32,000 bases of DNA from an uncultured bacterium. Lineage in GTDB: Bacteria; Margulisbacteria; WOR-1; CAVSGV01. The notes beneath the pieces are model-generated. The model searched no databases, had not been told where the DNA came from, and saw only the letters and a list, made by a program, of their open reading frames with translations. Below, one piece after another: positions 14,479-24,908 of the stretch. The translations under genes were made by a program, and so were the position numbers. Where the stretch lies: positions 1,500,001 through 1,532,000 of the forward strand of contig OY969425.1 of assembly GCA_963699255.1 (NCBI GenBank), written 5' to 3'. Every line of letters begins with the position of its first letter. Within the stretch, counting starts at the first letter, position 1.

Positions 14479-15522
14479 GTGCTGAAAACCTCCGATTTCG
14501 ACTATGATCTACCCCAGGAACTGATCGCGCAATCTCCGGCTGACAGGCGCGATTCCTCACGGCTCATGGTGCTGGACAGGAGATCAGGCCGGATCGAACA
14601 CAGGATATTCAGCGATATATCGGAATACCTGAGCCCGAACGATCTTATTGTAATGAACGACACAAAGGTCATTCCCGCGCGCCTTCACGGCACCAAATAC
14701 GGCGGAAGCGCGAGCATCGAGGTGCTTCTGGATAAGATGATCGGCGACCGGCTCTGGGAGGCGCTGATAAGACCGGCCAAGAGACTGGATATAGGCGGCA
14801 TCATCGAATTCGGCAGGGGATTCTATGCCGAGGTCAGGAAAAAGCTGGATGACGGTAAAGCCGTCCTTTATTTCGCCAGCGTGAAAGGTTTTTCAAAAGA
14901 ACTGGCGCTGCACGGGAATGTTCCTCTGCCGCCGTACATAAAAGCCGACAGCTCGCAGCTTACTGCTTTCAGCAAGAGGTATCAGACGGTGTACGCCCAA
15001 AAAGAAGGGGCGACAGCGGCGCCTACCGCGGGACTTCATTTTACCGAAGAACTTCTGGCTGACATAAAGGCGAAAAAGATATATGTTACCCTGCATACTG
15101 GATACGGCACTTTTGCGCCTGTAAGGGCCGAGAACATCGCCGACCATAAGATGCACAGCGAGGCGTACGAGATATCGGAAGGATCGCTAGATTCTATAAG
15201 GCAGGCAAAAAAAAACGGCGGAAGGATCATCGCGGTCGGGACGACCTCGGCGAGGCTTCTGGAATCCGTCAGCCGTCCCGGGAGCGGATCAACGGACATA
15301 TTCATATATCCGGGGTATGAATTCAAGGTCGTGGACGCGCTGATCACGAATTTTCATTTGCCGAAGTCCACATTGCTGATGCTTGTTTCCGCCTTTGCCC
15401 AAATGGCCGCGGCGGACAGGTCGGCTTTCGCGGGGATCGACCTCATAAAGAAGGCTTATGAAAAAGCGGTCAGGGAAAAGTACAGGTTCTTCAGTTTCGG
15501 CGACGCGATGTTAATAATATAA
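14479..15522 (+). CDS. queA: S-adenosylmethionine:tRNA ribosyltransferase-isomerase
   Basis: FDYDLPQELIAQSPADRRDSSRLMVL N-terminus and full-length QueA collinearity. GTG start. Confidence 0.95.
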   Translation: MLKTSDFDYDLPQELIAQSPADRRDSSRLMVLDRRSGRIEHRIFSDISEYLSPNDLIVMNDTKVIPARLHGTKYGGSASIEVLLDKMIGDRLWEALIRPAKRLDIGGIIEFGRGFYAEVRKKLDDGKAVLYFASVKGFSKELALHGNVPLPPYIKADSSQLTAFSKRYQTVYAQKEGATAAPTAGLHFTEELLADIKAKKIYVTLHTGYGTFAPVRAENIADHKMHSEAYEISEGSLDSIRQAKKNGGRIIAVGTTSARLLESVSRPGSGSTDIFIYPGYEFKVVDALITNFHLPKSTLLMLVSAFAQMAAADRSAFAGIDLIKKAYEKAVREKYRFFSFGDAMLII

Positions 15523-15531
15523 TGAAAGAGA

Positions 15532-15575
15532 CCCCGCAACTCCCGACGCTACGGTCGGGACAAGTCCGTGCGGGG
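15532..15575 (+). terminator. Nested GC-rich hairpin 10 nt after the queA stop (possible terminator or REP-like element)
   Basis: Outer stem CCCCGCA/TGCGGGG, inner stem TCCCGAC/GTCGGGA with a 6-nt loop. No U-tract follows. Confidence 0.4.
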
Positions 15576-15589
15576 CAAATGTGAGATGA

Positions 15590-16765
<1,176 letters not shown>

Positions 16766-16773
16766 AGATGCCG

Positions 16774-16813
16774 GATACCAGATACCGGAATCGGGAATCC
16801 CCTATCTGGTATC
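16774..16813 (+). terminator. Hairpin after tgt (GATACCAGATA ... TATCTGGTATC), candidate terminator
   Basis: An 11-bp perfect stem and 18-nt loop, followed by TTTGTGG. It starts 9 nt after the tgt stop. Confidence 0.45.
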
Positions 16814-16851
16814 TTTGTGGCGAAGTCTAAGTTAAAATACTAACAACCACT

Positions 16852-17481
16852 ATGCTGGAAGCAATATACATAATCAAGGAGAACATATATTTCACCTGGT
16901 TCGCGCTTCTTATCTTCTTCACCGGATTTTGTTTTTCATATCTGGTCAATTACTTTGACCTGAAGTTCCTTGCCTGGTTCTCCCGCTGGTTCTTAAAGTT
17001 CATGTCAAGGTACGTCAATCCCAAAGCAAGCTTCATGAGGATATTTTTGATAATCTTCCTTTTCAACTCGATATCGATAGCGATCTACATGGCTTCCGGC
17101 CTTTTCGTGATATTCCCGTTCATAATAGCTTTCCTGACGGGCATGAACATAGGGCTGACGGTCTTCATACCGCCGGAGGTGACCCTGGAGGGATATGAGC
17201 TCGGCCGCGCCCACGGGGCGGGAAATATGTTCAAGATCATGCTCTTCTCGACCTTTGTTCTGGTATTTGAAATAATCACTTTTTCCCTTGCGCTTGGAAT
17301 GGGGATGTCGCTTGGCGTGGCAATGGCGGCGGTGAGCGGCGCAAGCGCCACCGCAAGCAATGAAGCGGCGATGTTCATTGCCGGACTTCTAACTCTGCGG
17401 TTCAAGGCGTATCTTCTGGTCTGCGTCCCGATCCTGGCGCTTTCCGCTTACATGGAGGCAAGCATCATAAAGGGAGCATGA
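16852..17481 (+). CDS. Integral membrane protein, possibly SpoIIM/DUF95-like
   Basis: 209 aa with about 5-6 TM segments. Loose resemblance to the SpoIIM family pattern (FLFNSISIAI...LTGMNIGL...FEIITFSLALGMG). The family assignment is tentative. Confidence 0.6.
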   Translation: MLEAIYIIKENIYFTWFALLIFFTGFCFSYLVNYFDLKFLAWFSRWFLKFMSRYVNPKASFMRIFLIIFLFNSISIAIYMASGLFVIFPFIIAFLTGMNIGLTVFIPPEVTLEGYELGRAHGAGNMFKIMLFSTFVLVFEIITFSLALGMGMSLGVAMAAVSGASATASNEAAMFIAGLLTLRFKAYLLVCVPILALSAYMEASIIKGA

Positions 17482-17653
17482 TCCTGCTCCGGCGCTTATT
17501 GAAATAGACCTGCCTCTCACCTCATTTTTCACCCTTAGAATCTCGAAAAAAACTGAAATTACCTCCATATATTGCCGATAAAGAGTCGGAACATTTTTGC
17601 ATCCCGAAGGCGTCAAGCGGATTTATTGTTCCAGGAAAGAAGAGGAAAATGAT

Positions 17654-18547
17654 ATGCCATTTAAAGTAGAAAAACTCGGCCCGAATTATATGGGTTCGAA
17701 AGGCTATGCTTACAGGATCTCCAGCAACAAAATTTCCATGGTCGTGACCGAACAGGGAGGAAGGATATTAAGCTTAAAAAGCGAGGGGCATGAGGTCATG
17801 TGGTCTAACCCTTATTGGTTCGAGAAAATTCCCGGGATACTTCAGAAAGGACGGGAAAAGGCGACGTGGGACGATGTTAATACTCTCGGCGGAGGAAAGA
17901 TCCAGATAGCGCCCCAGGATTTACACAAAGGGCATGTTCCGTTCCTTGATCTGCACCTTGGGCTGTTCACCAGCAGGGAGATCGACGGCGGCGTGGAACT
18001 GACCAGCCCGGTCTGTTCCGAGAGCGGTTTCCAGGTCGTTGAAAAGATCAGCATGACAGGATCGTTCACATTTGAAATAAAAACATACCTGGTAAATCAC
18101 TCAAAAACCGAAGTAAAAGCCGCTCCCTGGCTCGTATTTCAACTGCCGGTCTCCGCTATGGTGATGCTCCCCGGGCTCGTCGATATGCCCAGGGCTTTCA
18201 AGGTTTTTGGAGATGAACTTCCCGATGACGTATTGAGAGCAATTGGGCGAAACTCATTCTCCCTTACGCTCTATCCCGGAGGGAACATGTTCAAAGCCGG
18301 TTATAATTTTTCAAAGGAGTGGGACAATATCTGGCCCACCATGACGGTATATTTTCTGACCATGAACACAAGCCTCAAGTTTGAAGCGGAGAATATTGAA
18401 GGGCCTTTCCCGCATGGTTACCGCGGTGAAACGTTCGGCTGTGATAAATATTTGGAACAGGAAGTGCTCGGAAAGCTCCAGCTTTTGGGGCCCGGCCAGA
18501 GCTCCGACACATTGGATGTCAAATGCACTTTAGCACCGATCAAATGA
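17654..18547 (+). CDS. Hypothetical protein, galactose-mutarotase-like fold (DUF4380-like)
   Basis: GGRILSLK...W..NTLGGGKIQIAPQ resembles the DUF4380 pattern GGRI...W.N.GG.K.W.APQ. I prefer the ATG at 17654, preceded by GAAGAGGAAAA, over the longer track start at 17597. Confidence 0.6.
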   Translation: MPFKVEKLGPNYMGSKGYAYRISSNKISMVVTEQGGRILSLKSEGHEVMWSNPYWFEKIPGILQKGREKATWDDVNTLGGGKIQIAPQDLHKGHVPFLDLHLGLFTSREIDGGVELTSPVCSESGFQVVEKISMTGSFTFEIKTYLVNHSKTEVKAAPWLVFQLPVSAMVMLPGLVDMPRAFKVFGDELPDDVLRAIGRNSFSLTLYPGGNMFKAGYNFSKEWDNIWPTMTVYFLTMNTSLKFEAENIEGPFPHGYRGETFGCDKYLEQEVLGKLQLLGPGQSSDTLDVKCTLAPIK

Positions 18548-18593
18548 GCGTGTGATCGAATTATTCTGAAATGTTTAAAGTGAAGAGGAAATA

Positions 18594-19712
18594 ATGGTCA
18601 GTTTCGAAAAAACGAGATCGAATTATGGCGTTTATCCAATCAAGTATGGAGGGATGGATGCTTTTCGCCTCAGGATACCTCGAGACTTTGAGCGCGGCAT
18701 TACAGAAGCTGTGGTCCTGCGAAACGGCTTTAATATCGTCTCTGAAAAGGCCGTGATCAAGGGTCAGGCACATGAACTGCTCAGGACGAGGCCCGAAAAT
18801 GAAATCAAGGCCTTTCTGGAGGCGGATCCAAATAATTTTTTTATGATCGCCAACGCTCTCCTCTGCCCCTGGGCGAACCGTATCTGGGGGAAGAAAGAAG
18901 GAAAGCTCCTGCGGGCATCCTGGGACGGGCAGTCGCGCCTTCTACCGATGAATTTCCCCAACGAGGGGACATCTATCCACGGACTTATTTATGACCGACT
19001 TTACCAATATATCAACTGTTTTGAAACCGACCATAGTGTTGTGTTAGTGGGTATCACTCAAATATCTGACAGTGAGTGGTTCTCGTCCCTCAATATCGTT
19101 CACGAGATCGAATTGTTCTCCTCCGGAGCTCTCAGGCGCAATGTTCTTGTGGACAATACTGGCGTTTACAAAGCTCTTGCGTCGGTGGGGGAACATCTAT
19201 ATATAGATATCCCCGAAGGCCAAAAACGGGAAGATGTCACATTGGATACTTCCGCCCAGTCTGTTGTGCGCGTGGATGACAAGCTCCGCCCACTTCGCAG
19301 TGAGCCTGATGTTCTGACAAAGCTTGGGGGCGATCATTTTAAATACAATTTTCCGCTCGCGCTTGGAACGTTATCGCTTGATCATTGCTTTACGCACCTG
19401 ATAGATCCGAAGCAGGTCAAAATAGGTTTTCCGGCGCTGGGATGGGGCGTCTCAATAGAGGGCAGGACGGTAAGGGGAGGGAACCCGATCAATGCTGTTC
19501 AGATATATTCACCGACAGATCTGAAGGCTATCGCCTGTGGTTCGGTGGCGGTCGAAATGCAGGGCAACCTTCCCGATCCTTTGGATCCAGATTGGAAAGA
19601 TCACTCCGATTTCGGCCCCATGGGATATACCGGTTCGGGGATGAAGGTATTAAGACCGGGAGGAAGCCTGGACTGGGAAGTTATCCACTCTGTTTATCCG
19701 ATCAAATCCTGA
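18594..19712 (+). CDS. Aldose 1-epimerase (galactose mutarotase-like) family protein
   Basis: LLCPWANRIWG...F..G....L..N......SIHGL matches the family pattern P.pNRi..g.f...G..y.l..N....iHG. SD GAGGAAA lies upstream. Confidence 0.7.
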   Translation: MVSFEKTRSNYGVYPIKYGGMDAFRLRIPRDFERGITEAVVLRNGFNIVSEKAVIKGQAHELLRTRPENEIKAFLEADPNNFFMIANALLCPWANRIWGKKEGKLLRASWDGQSRLLPMNFPNEGTSIHGLIYDRLYQYINCFETDHSVVLVGITQISDSEWFSSLNIVHEIELFSSGALRRNVLVDNTGVYKALASVGEHLYIDIPEGQKREDVTLDTSAQSVVRVDDKLRPLRSEPDVLTKLGGDHFKYNFPLALGTLSLDHCFTHLIDPKQVKIGFPALGWGVSIEGRTVRGGNPINAVQIYSPTDLKAIACGSVAVEMQGNLPDPLDPDWKDHSDFGPMGYTGSGMKVLRPGGSLDWEVIHSVYPIKS

Positions 19713-19778
19713 ACCGGTACCAAGCAGATGGTTCAGAGTCTACCCGGCTTCAGCGGGCGAGTTACCTTAAAAGAAAAG

Positions 19779-19807
19779 TTGCACGAAAATATTTTTTTTG
19801 TTAAAAT
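19779..19807 (+). promoter_or_regulatory. Candidate sigma-70 promoter TTGCAC-N17-TAAAAT upstream of the ferredoxin gene
   Basis: Hexamers and spacing read directly from the sequence. Confidence 0.5.
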
Positions 19808-19850
19808 ATCCCCTACATTTTCATTTTCATTTGTCATTGTGTAATTGTGA

Positions 19851-20054
<204 letters not shown>

Positions 20055-20063
20055 AAAATCCGC

Positions 20064-20091
20064 TTGACAGCTATATGTAGCGTGCTAAACT
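20064..20091 (+). promoter_or_regulatory. Candidate promoter TTGACA-N16-TAAACT upstream of nrdR, with a near-palindrome GCTATATGTAGC in the spacer (possible NrdR box)
   Basis: Hexamers read directly from the sequence. The AT-rich near-palindrome only loosely resembles the published NrdR-box consensus. Confidence 0.4.
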
Positions 20092-20180
20092 CCTTCTCAC
20101 CCCTACACATGGAGTAGGGGCAAGCCTCCAGATATTAGGGCTTGTACCTGCCGAAGTGCAGGTATTAAGGGGGAGCCAGA

Positions 20181-20655
20181 GTGAAGTGCCCGTTTTGCGG
20201 ATTTACCGAAGATAAGGTCATAGAGTCACGCGCCACGCTTGACGATACCGCCATAAGAAGAAGAAGAGAGTGCCTTAAGTGCGGGAAAAGATACACCTCA
20301 TATGAAAAAATAGAAGGCGTGGATACTTAAGGTCGTGAAGCGGGACGGCAGACGCGAACCATATAACCGCGAAAAGATAATTTCCGGGATAGTTAAAGCC
20401 CTCGAAAAAAGACCCATATCGATAAACATGATCAATGAGGTCGTGGACGAGATAGAGAAACAGATACACGCGCGTTTTCAGGGAGAAGTCCCGGCAAAGG
20501 ATATCGGCGAGCTTGTCATAGACAGGCTGCATTCGATAGACAAGGTAGCATATGTAAGGTTCGCGTCCGTTTACAGGCAGTTCGAAGATGTGAGGGATTT
20601 TGTCGATGAAGTAAAGTCAATGCCAAAGGTTACCAGTTTGGAGAAAGGGGAATAA
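20181..20655 (+). pseudogene. nrdR: Transcriptional repressor NrdR, interrupted by a +1 frame change between the zinc ribbon and the ATP-cone
   Basis: From the GTG at 20181: [49 protein letters not shown], then TAA at 20328-20330. The +1 frame continues [30 protein letters not shown]...VAYVRFASVYRQFEDV to 20655. Together these make a complete NrdR. Confidence 0.85.
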
Positions 20656-20656
20656 A

Positions 20657-22756
20657 ATGAATCCACAGGCAACAACAATGGAAAAAACCGACTCAACGGA
20701 CCTGGCCTTATTCGTAAGAACTTCTTCCGAGGACATGGTGAAGTGGGACAGGTCGAAGATAGTGGAGGCCCTTATAAAGGAGACCGGCGTCGCTCCCGAG
20801 ATGGCCAACATCATCGGTGTGGAGGTAGAAAAGCAGATAAAGACCCTGAGCATCGAGATAATAACTTCTCCCCTGATAAGGGAGCTTGTGGACGTAAAAC
20901 TTCTTGAATACGGGCTTGAGGACGCGAGGCGCAAGCACACAAGGCTTGGTGCCCCTCTTTATGATGTGAAGAACATCATTTTTAACCGGAACAAGGAGAA
21001 CGCCAACGTGCCTCACGGCCCCGAGGCGACGAACCTGACCCTCTCCGAGAACATCAAAAAAGAATTCGCGCTGCTGCATGTTTTTTCGCAGGATATAGCG
21101 GACGCGCACATATTCGGCGACATACATCTTCACGATCTCGGATTCATCGACAGGCCGTATTGCAGCGGCCAGTCAGTTGAATACGTGAAAAAATTCGGCC
21201 TCGATCTACCGAACTCCCTCTCGAATGCTAGGCCCGCGAAGCACGCGGATGTCCTGCTGGCGCAGATGGTGAAATTCTCCGCCGCACTGCAGGGCCAATT
21301 CGCGGGAGCGATAGGATGGGACGCGGTGAACATTTTCTTCGCGCCGTTCCTGGTGGGCATGTCCGACAGGGAAATAAAGCAGCTGGCGCAGATGATGGTC
21401 TACGAGTATTCACAGCAGGCGGTCGCGCGCGGCGGGCAGGCGATATTCTCCGACATAAACATCTACTGGGAGATGCCGAAGCACTTTGAGAACGTTCCCG
21501 CTCTTGGCCCTGGCGCGCAATACACCGGAAAAAAATATTCCGATTATCTGAAGGAATCCCAGAAATTCGCCTGGGCGCTGTTCGATGTCTACAAGGAAGG
21601 CGACGGGTCGGGCCGCCCGTTCTTTTTCCCGAAGCCGCTCGTCCACATGACGGAAAAGTTTTTCAAGACCGAAGGCCATGAGAAATTCCTTGAACACATA
21701 GCGGAGGTTTCGACCCTGATGGGGAATACATATTATGTCTTCGACAGGGGCGAGACGGCGAAGATATCCGAGTGCTGCAGGCTGTCATTCAAACTGGAGC
21801 AATCGGACCTGGATGACGCGAACGAGCCGTGGAAGATGAGGTATTCAGCCCTGCAGAACGTCACCATGAACCTGCCGAGGGTGGCTTTCCGCGCGAAAGG
21901 CAGCGAAGCGAATTTCTTCAAGCTGCTTGATGATGTATTTGAGCTTGCCGCGAGGGCCCATCAGGAAAAAAAGAAATTCATAGAAGAGCTTCTGGCGCTT
22001 GAGGGGAAAGGACCGCTCTCGCTTCTCGCCATGAAAAGGGACGGCCAGCCGTATCTCAGGATGTGGAGGGTCAGCTACCTGATAGGGATAATCGGACTGA
22101 ACGAGGTCGTCCAGATATTGAAAGGCAAGGAGCTTCACGAGAGCAAGGATATGGTCAAATTCGGATTAAAGGTGATATCCTACATGAAGCTGAAGTCGGA
22201 AGAGCTGTCAAAGAAATACGGCATGCATTTTGTCCTTGAACAGACGCCGGCGGAATCGACCGCTTACAGGTTCGCGAAGCTTGACCTGAAGCATTTCGGC
22301 GATGACGCGGCGCGGGTCGTAAAAGGGAACCAGGCGCTTGGCGAGGTGTACTACACGAACTCGACCTACTTTAACGTGTCGCATCCGATGAACCCGATAG
22401 ACAGGGTCGTTGAGGAAGGGCTGTTCCATCCTCTTATAGATGCGGGCGCACTGACGCACGTGTGGCTGGGCGAGTCGCAGCCTTCACCGGCGTCGATAGC
22501 GAACTTTGTCGTGAAGACGTTCAAGAATTCCCAGAACAGCCAGATAGCCTTTTCGCCGGAATTCACTTCGTGCAATGACTGCGGAAAGATCGTAAGAGGC
22601 TTAAAAGAGACATGTCCGCATTGCAACTCGTCCAATGTTGACGGCATAACCCGCATAACCGGTTACTTCTCAAAGATATCCGGCTGGAACAAGGGGAAGC
22701 TCGGCGAGCTGAAAGACAGGTACAGGGTATCACTGCCCGCGGGAGAGATGGCGTAA
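20657..22756 (+). CDS. nrdD: Anaerobic (class III) ribonucleoside-triphosphate reductase, paralogue 1
   Basis: 699 aa. C-terminal glycyl-radical motif TRITGYFSKISGWNKGK, zinc ribbon CNDCG...CPHC, PYCSGQS and SECCRLSF loops, and an N-terminal ATP-cone-like segment. Confidence 0.93.
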   Translation: MNPQATTMEKTDSTDLALFVRTSSEDMVKWDRSKIVEALIKETGVAPEMANIIGVEVEKQIKTLSIEIITSPLIRELVDVKLLEYGLEDARRKHTRLGAPLYDVKNIIFNRNKENANVPHGPEATNLTLSENIKKEFALLHVFSQDIADAHIFGDIHLHDLGFIDRPYCSGQSVEYVKKFGLDLPNSLSNARPAKHADVLLAQMVKFSAALQGQFAGAIGWDAVNIFFAPFLVGMSDREIKQLAQMMVYEYSQQAVARGGQAIFSDINIYWEMPKHFENVPALGPGAQYTGKKYSDYLKESQKFAWALFDVYKEGDGSGRPFFFPKPLVHMTEKFFKTEGHEKFLEHIAEVSTLMGNTYYVFDRGETAKISECCRLSFKLEQSDLDDANEPWKMRYSALQNVTMNLPRVAFRAKGSEANFFKLLDDVFELAARAHQEKKKFIEELLALEGKGPLSLLAMKRDGQPYLRMWRVSYLIGIIGLNEVVQILKGKELHESKDMVKFGLKVISYMKLKSEELSKKYGMHFVLEQTPAESTAYRFAKLDLKHFGDDAARVVKGNQALGEVYYTNSTYFNVSHPMNPIDRVVEEGLFHPLIDAGALTHVWLGESQPSPASIANFVVKTFKNSQNSQIAFSPEFTSCNDCGKIVRGLKETCPHCNSSNVDGITRITGYFSKISGWNKGKLGELKDRYRVSLPAGEMA

Positions 22757-22757
22757 G

Positions 22758-24908
22758 ATGCTGAGCAGCGAACTTGTTGACATGAGGACGGCGTCCGTGG
22801 CGGACGCCGATGCGTCATCCCCGGAGAAGGAATCAACCGACCTCTCGATGTTCGTAAGGACATCGGCGGATGATATAGTCGCATGGAACAGGGGGAAGAT
22901 AGTCGAAGCTCTGATCAAGGAGACCGCGATCCGGAGAGAGCTGGCGGAGATAATCGGTCTTGAGGTTGAAAAGCAGGTCAAGAAGCTCTCCATTAACTTC
23001 ATAACCGCGCCTCTGGTGAGGGAGCTCGTGGACGTGAAACTTCTGGAGTACGGCCTGGAAGACACCAGAAAGAAGCACACCCGCCTTGGGGTCCCGCTCT
23101 ATGATGTGAAGCAGATCCTGTTCCACAAGAACAGGGAGAACGCCAACACCCCGCACAACCCCGAAGCGACGAACCTGACCCTCTCGGAGAACATAAAAAA
23201 GGAATTCGCCCTTCTCCAGGTCTTTTCAGGCGCCGTGGCGGACGCCCACATGGTAGGGGACATACACATCCACGATCTCGGCTTTATAGACAGGCCGTAT
23301 TGCAGCGGGCAGTCGATAGAATTCATAAAGAAGTTCGGATTGTCCCTTCCCGAAGCCAATTTCATTTCTCCTCCGGCGGAAGAGGCGGACACCCTCATCG
23401 CGCAGATCGTGAAATTCTCTCTTGCTCTCCACGGCAACTTTGCCGGCGCCATAGGGTGGGACGCCGTGAACGTCTTTCTCGCCCCGTATATTGAGGGTTT
23501 CGGCAAAGGGCACATAAGGAAACTCGCCAAGATGTTCATAGAGGAATTCGCGCACATTGCGGTGGCGCGCGGCGGGCAGGGAGTGTTCTCCGACCTTAAC
23601 ATATATTATGAGATCCCGCGCCACTTTGAGGAAGTGCCGGCCATAGGACGGGGCGGAAAATACACGGGAAAGCTGTACAAGGATTATGAAAAGGAAGCTC
23701 AGCAGTTCGCGGAGGCGCTTTTTGACGTGTATCTGGAAGGCGACGGAGCCGGAAGGCCTTATTTCTTCCCGAAGCCGCTGGTGCACATAACGGAAAAGTT
23801 CTTCAAGACCGAGGGACACGAAAAATTCCTCGAACTTATCTCGGATGTCGCCGCGGAAAAAGGGAATACCTATTATGTTTTTGACAGGGGAGAGACCGCG
23901 AAGGTATCCGAGTGCTGCAGGCTGTCGTTCAAGCTGGAGCAGTCGGACCTGGAAGACGCGAAGGAGCCGTGGAAGATGCGGTACTCGGCCATCCAGAACA
24001 TCACGCTGAACCTTCCCCGCGCTTCATACAAAGCGGGCGGATCGGACGAAAAGCTGTTCGAGGAGCTGACCAGGCAGATGGAGCTGGCGGTTTCGGCCCA
24101 CAAGCAGAAAAGGCAGTTCATTGAGGAGCTTCTGGGCCTGGGCAGTGACGGGCCGCTTTCGCTTCTCGCCATGAAAAAGGACGGGGAGCCTTACCTGAGG
24201 CTGAAGAGGGTCACGCATCTCATAGGAATGCTCGGGCTTAACGAGCTTGTGCAGCACCACACGGGAAAGCAGCTGCATGAGAGCGATGAGAGCGTGAAGT
24301 TCGGGATGAAAGTGATAGCTTTCATGAAGCTGAAATGCGAGGAGTTCTCCAAGCTGCATAACATGCATTTTGTCCTGGAGCAGACGCCCGCGGAATCCAC
24401 GGCTTACAGGTTCGCGAAGCTGGACATGAAGCATTTTGGCCCCGTCGCCTCCGGCATAGTGAAGGGCGACCTGGCCGCGAACAACATATATTACACGAAC
24501 TCGACCTATTTCAACATTTCTCATCCGATGAACCCCATCGACAGGGTGGTAAAAGAAGGGCTCTTCCATCCGCTTATAGACGCGGGGGCGCTGACGCACG
24601 TGTGGCTGGGGGAGGCGCGGCCGTCCGCCCAGTCGATCGCGAACTTCGTGGTCAAGACCTTCAGGAACTCTTCCAACAGCCAGATAGCTTTCTCTCCGGA
24701 ATTCACGACATGCAATTCGTGCGGAAAAACGGTGAGGGGGATAAAGGATAAGTGCGCCGCATGCGGGAGCACCGAGATAGAGTGCATGACAAGGATCACG
24801 GGGTATTTCTCGAAGATATCCGGCTGGAACAAGGGAAAGCTTGGGGAGCTGGCGGACAGGTACAAGAACCGGGAGTATTTCATCAAAGAAAGCGGGGAGC
24901 AGACATGA
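22758..24908 (+). CDS. nrdD: Anaerobic (class III) ribonucleoside-triphosphate reductase, paralogue 2
   Basis: 716 aa, collinear with paralogue 1. It carries the same TRITGYFSKISGWNKGK, CNSCG...CAACG, PYCSGQS and SECCRLSF motifs. The start ATG lies 1 nt after the paralogue-1 TAA. Confidence 0.93.
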   Translation: MLSSELVDMRTASVADADASSPEKESTDLSMFVRTSADDIVAWNRGKIVEALIKETAIRRELAEIIGLEVEKQVKKLSINFITAPLVRELVDVKLLEYGLEDTRKKHTRLGVPLYDVKQILFHKNRENANTPHNPEATNLTLSENIKKEFALLQVFSGAVADAHMVGDIHIHDLGFIDRPYCSGQSIEFIKKFGLSLPEANFISPPAEEADTLIAQIVKFSLALHGNFAGAIGWDAVNVFLAPYIEGFGKGHIRKLAKMFIEEFAHIAVARGGQGVFSDLNIYYEIPRHFEEVPAIGRGGKYTGKLYKDYEKEAQQFAEALFDVYLEGDGAGRPYFFPKPLVHITEKFFKTEGHEKFLELISDVAAEKGNTYYVFDRGETAKVSECCRLSFKLEQSDLEDAKEPWKMRYSAIQNITLNLPRASYKAGGSDEKLFEELTRQMELAVSAHKQKRQFIEELLGLGSDGPLSLLAMKKDGEPYLRLKRVTHLIGMLGLNELVQHHTGKQLHESDESVKFGMKVIAFMKLKCEEFSKLHNMHFVLEQTPAESTAYRFAKLDMKHFGPVASGIVKGDLAANNIYYTNSTYFNISHPMNPIDRVVKEGLFHPLIDAGALTHVWLGEARPSAQSIANFVVKTFRNSSNSQIAFSPEFTTCNSCGKTVRGIKDKCAACGSTEIECMTRITGYFSKISGWNKGKLGELADRYKNREYFIKESGEQT

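Noticed and set aside
20322-20334. Programmed +1 ribosomal frameshift (prfB-like) as the explanation for the nrdR frame change
   Set aside because: The site reads GAT ACT TAA G. It lacks the CUU-UGA-type slippery codon, and there is no SD-like element at the right spacing. A mutation or sequencing error is more parsimonious, though this remains untested.
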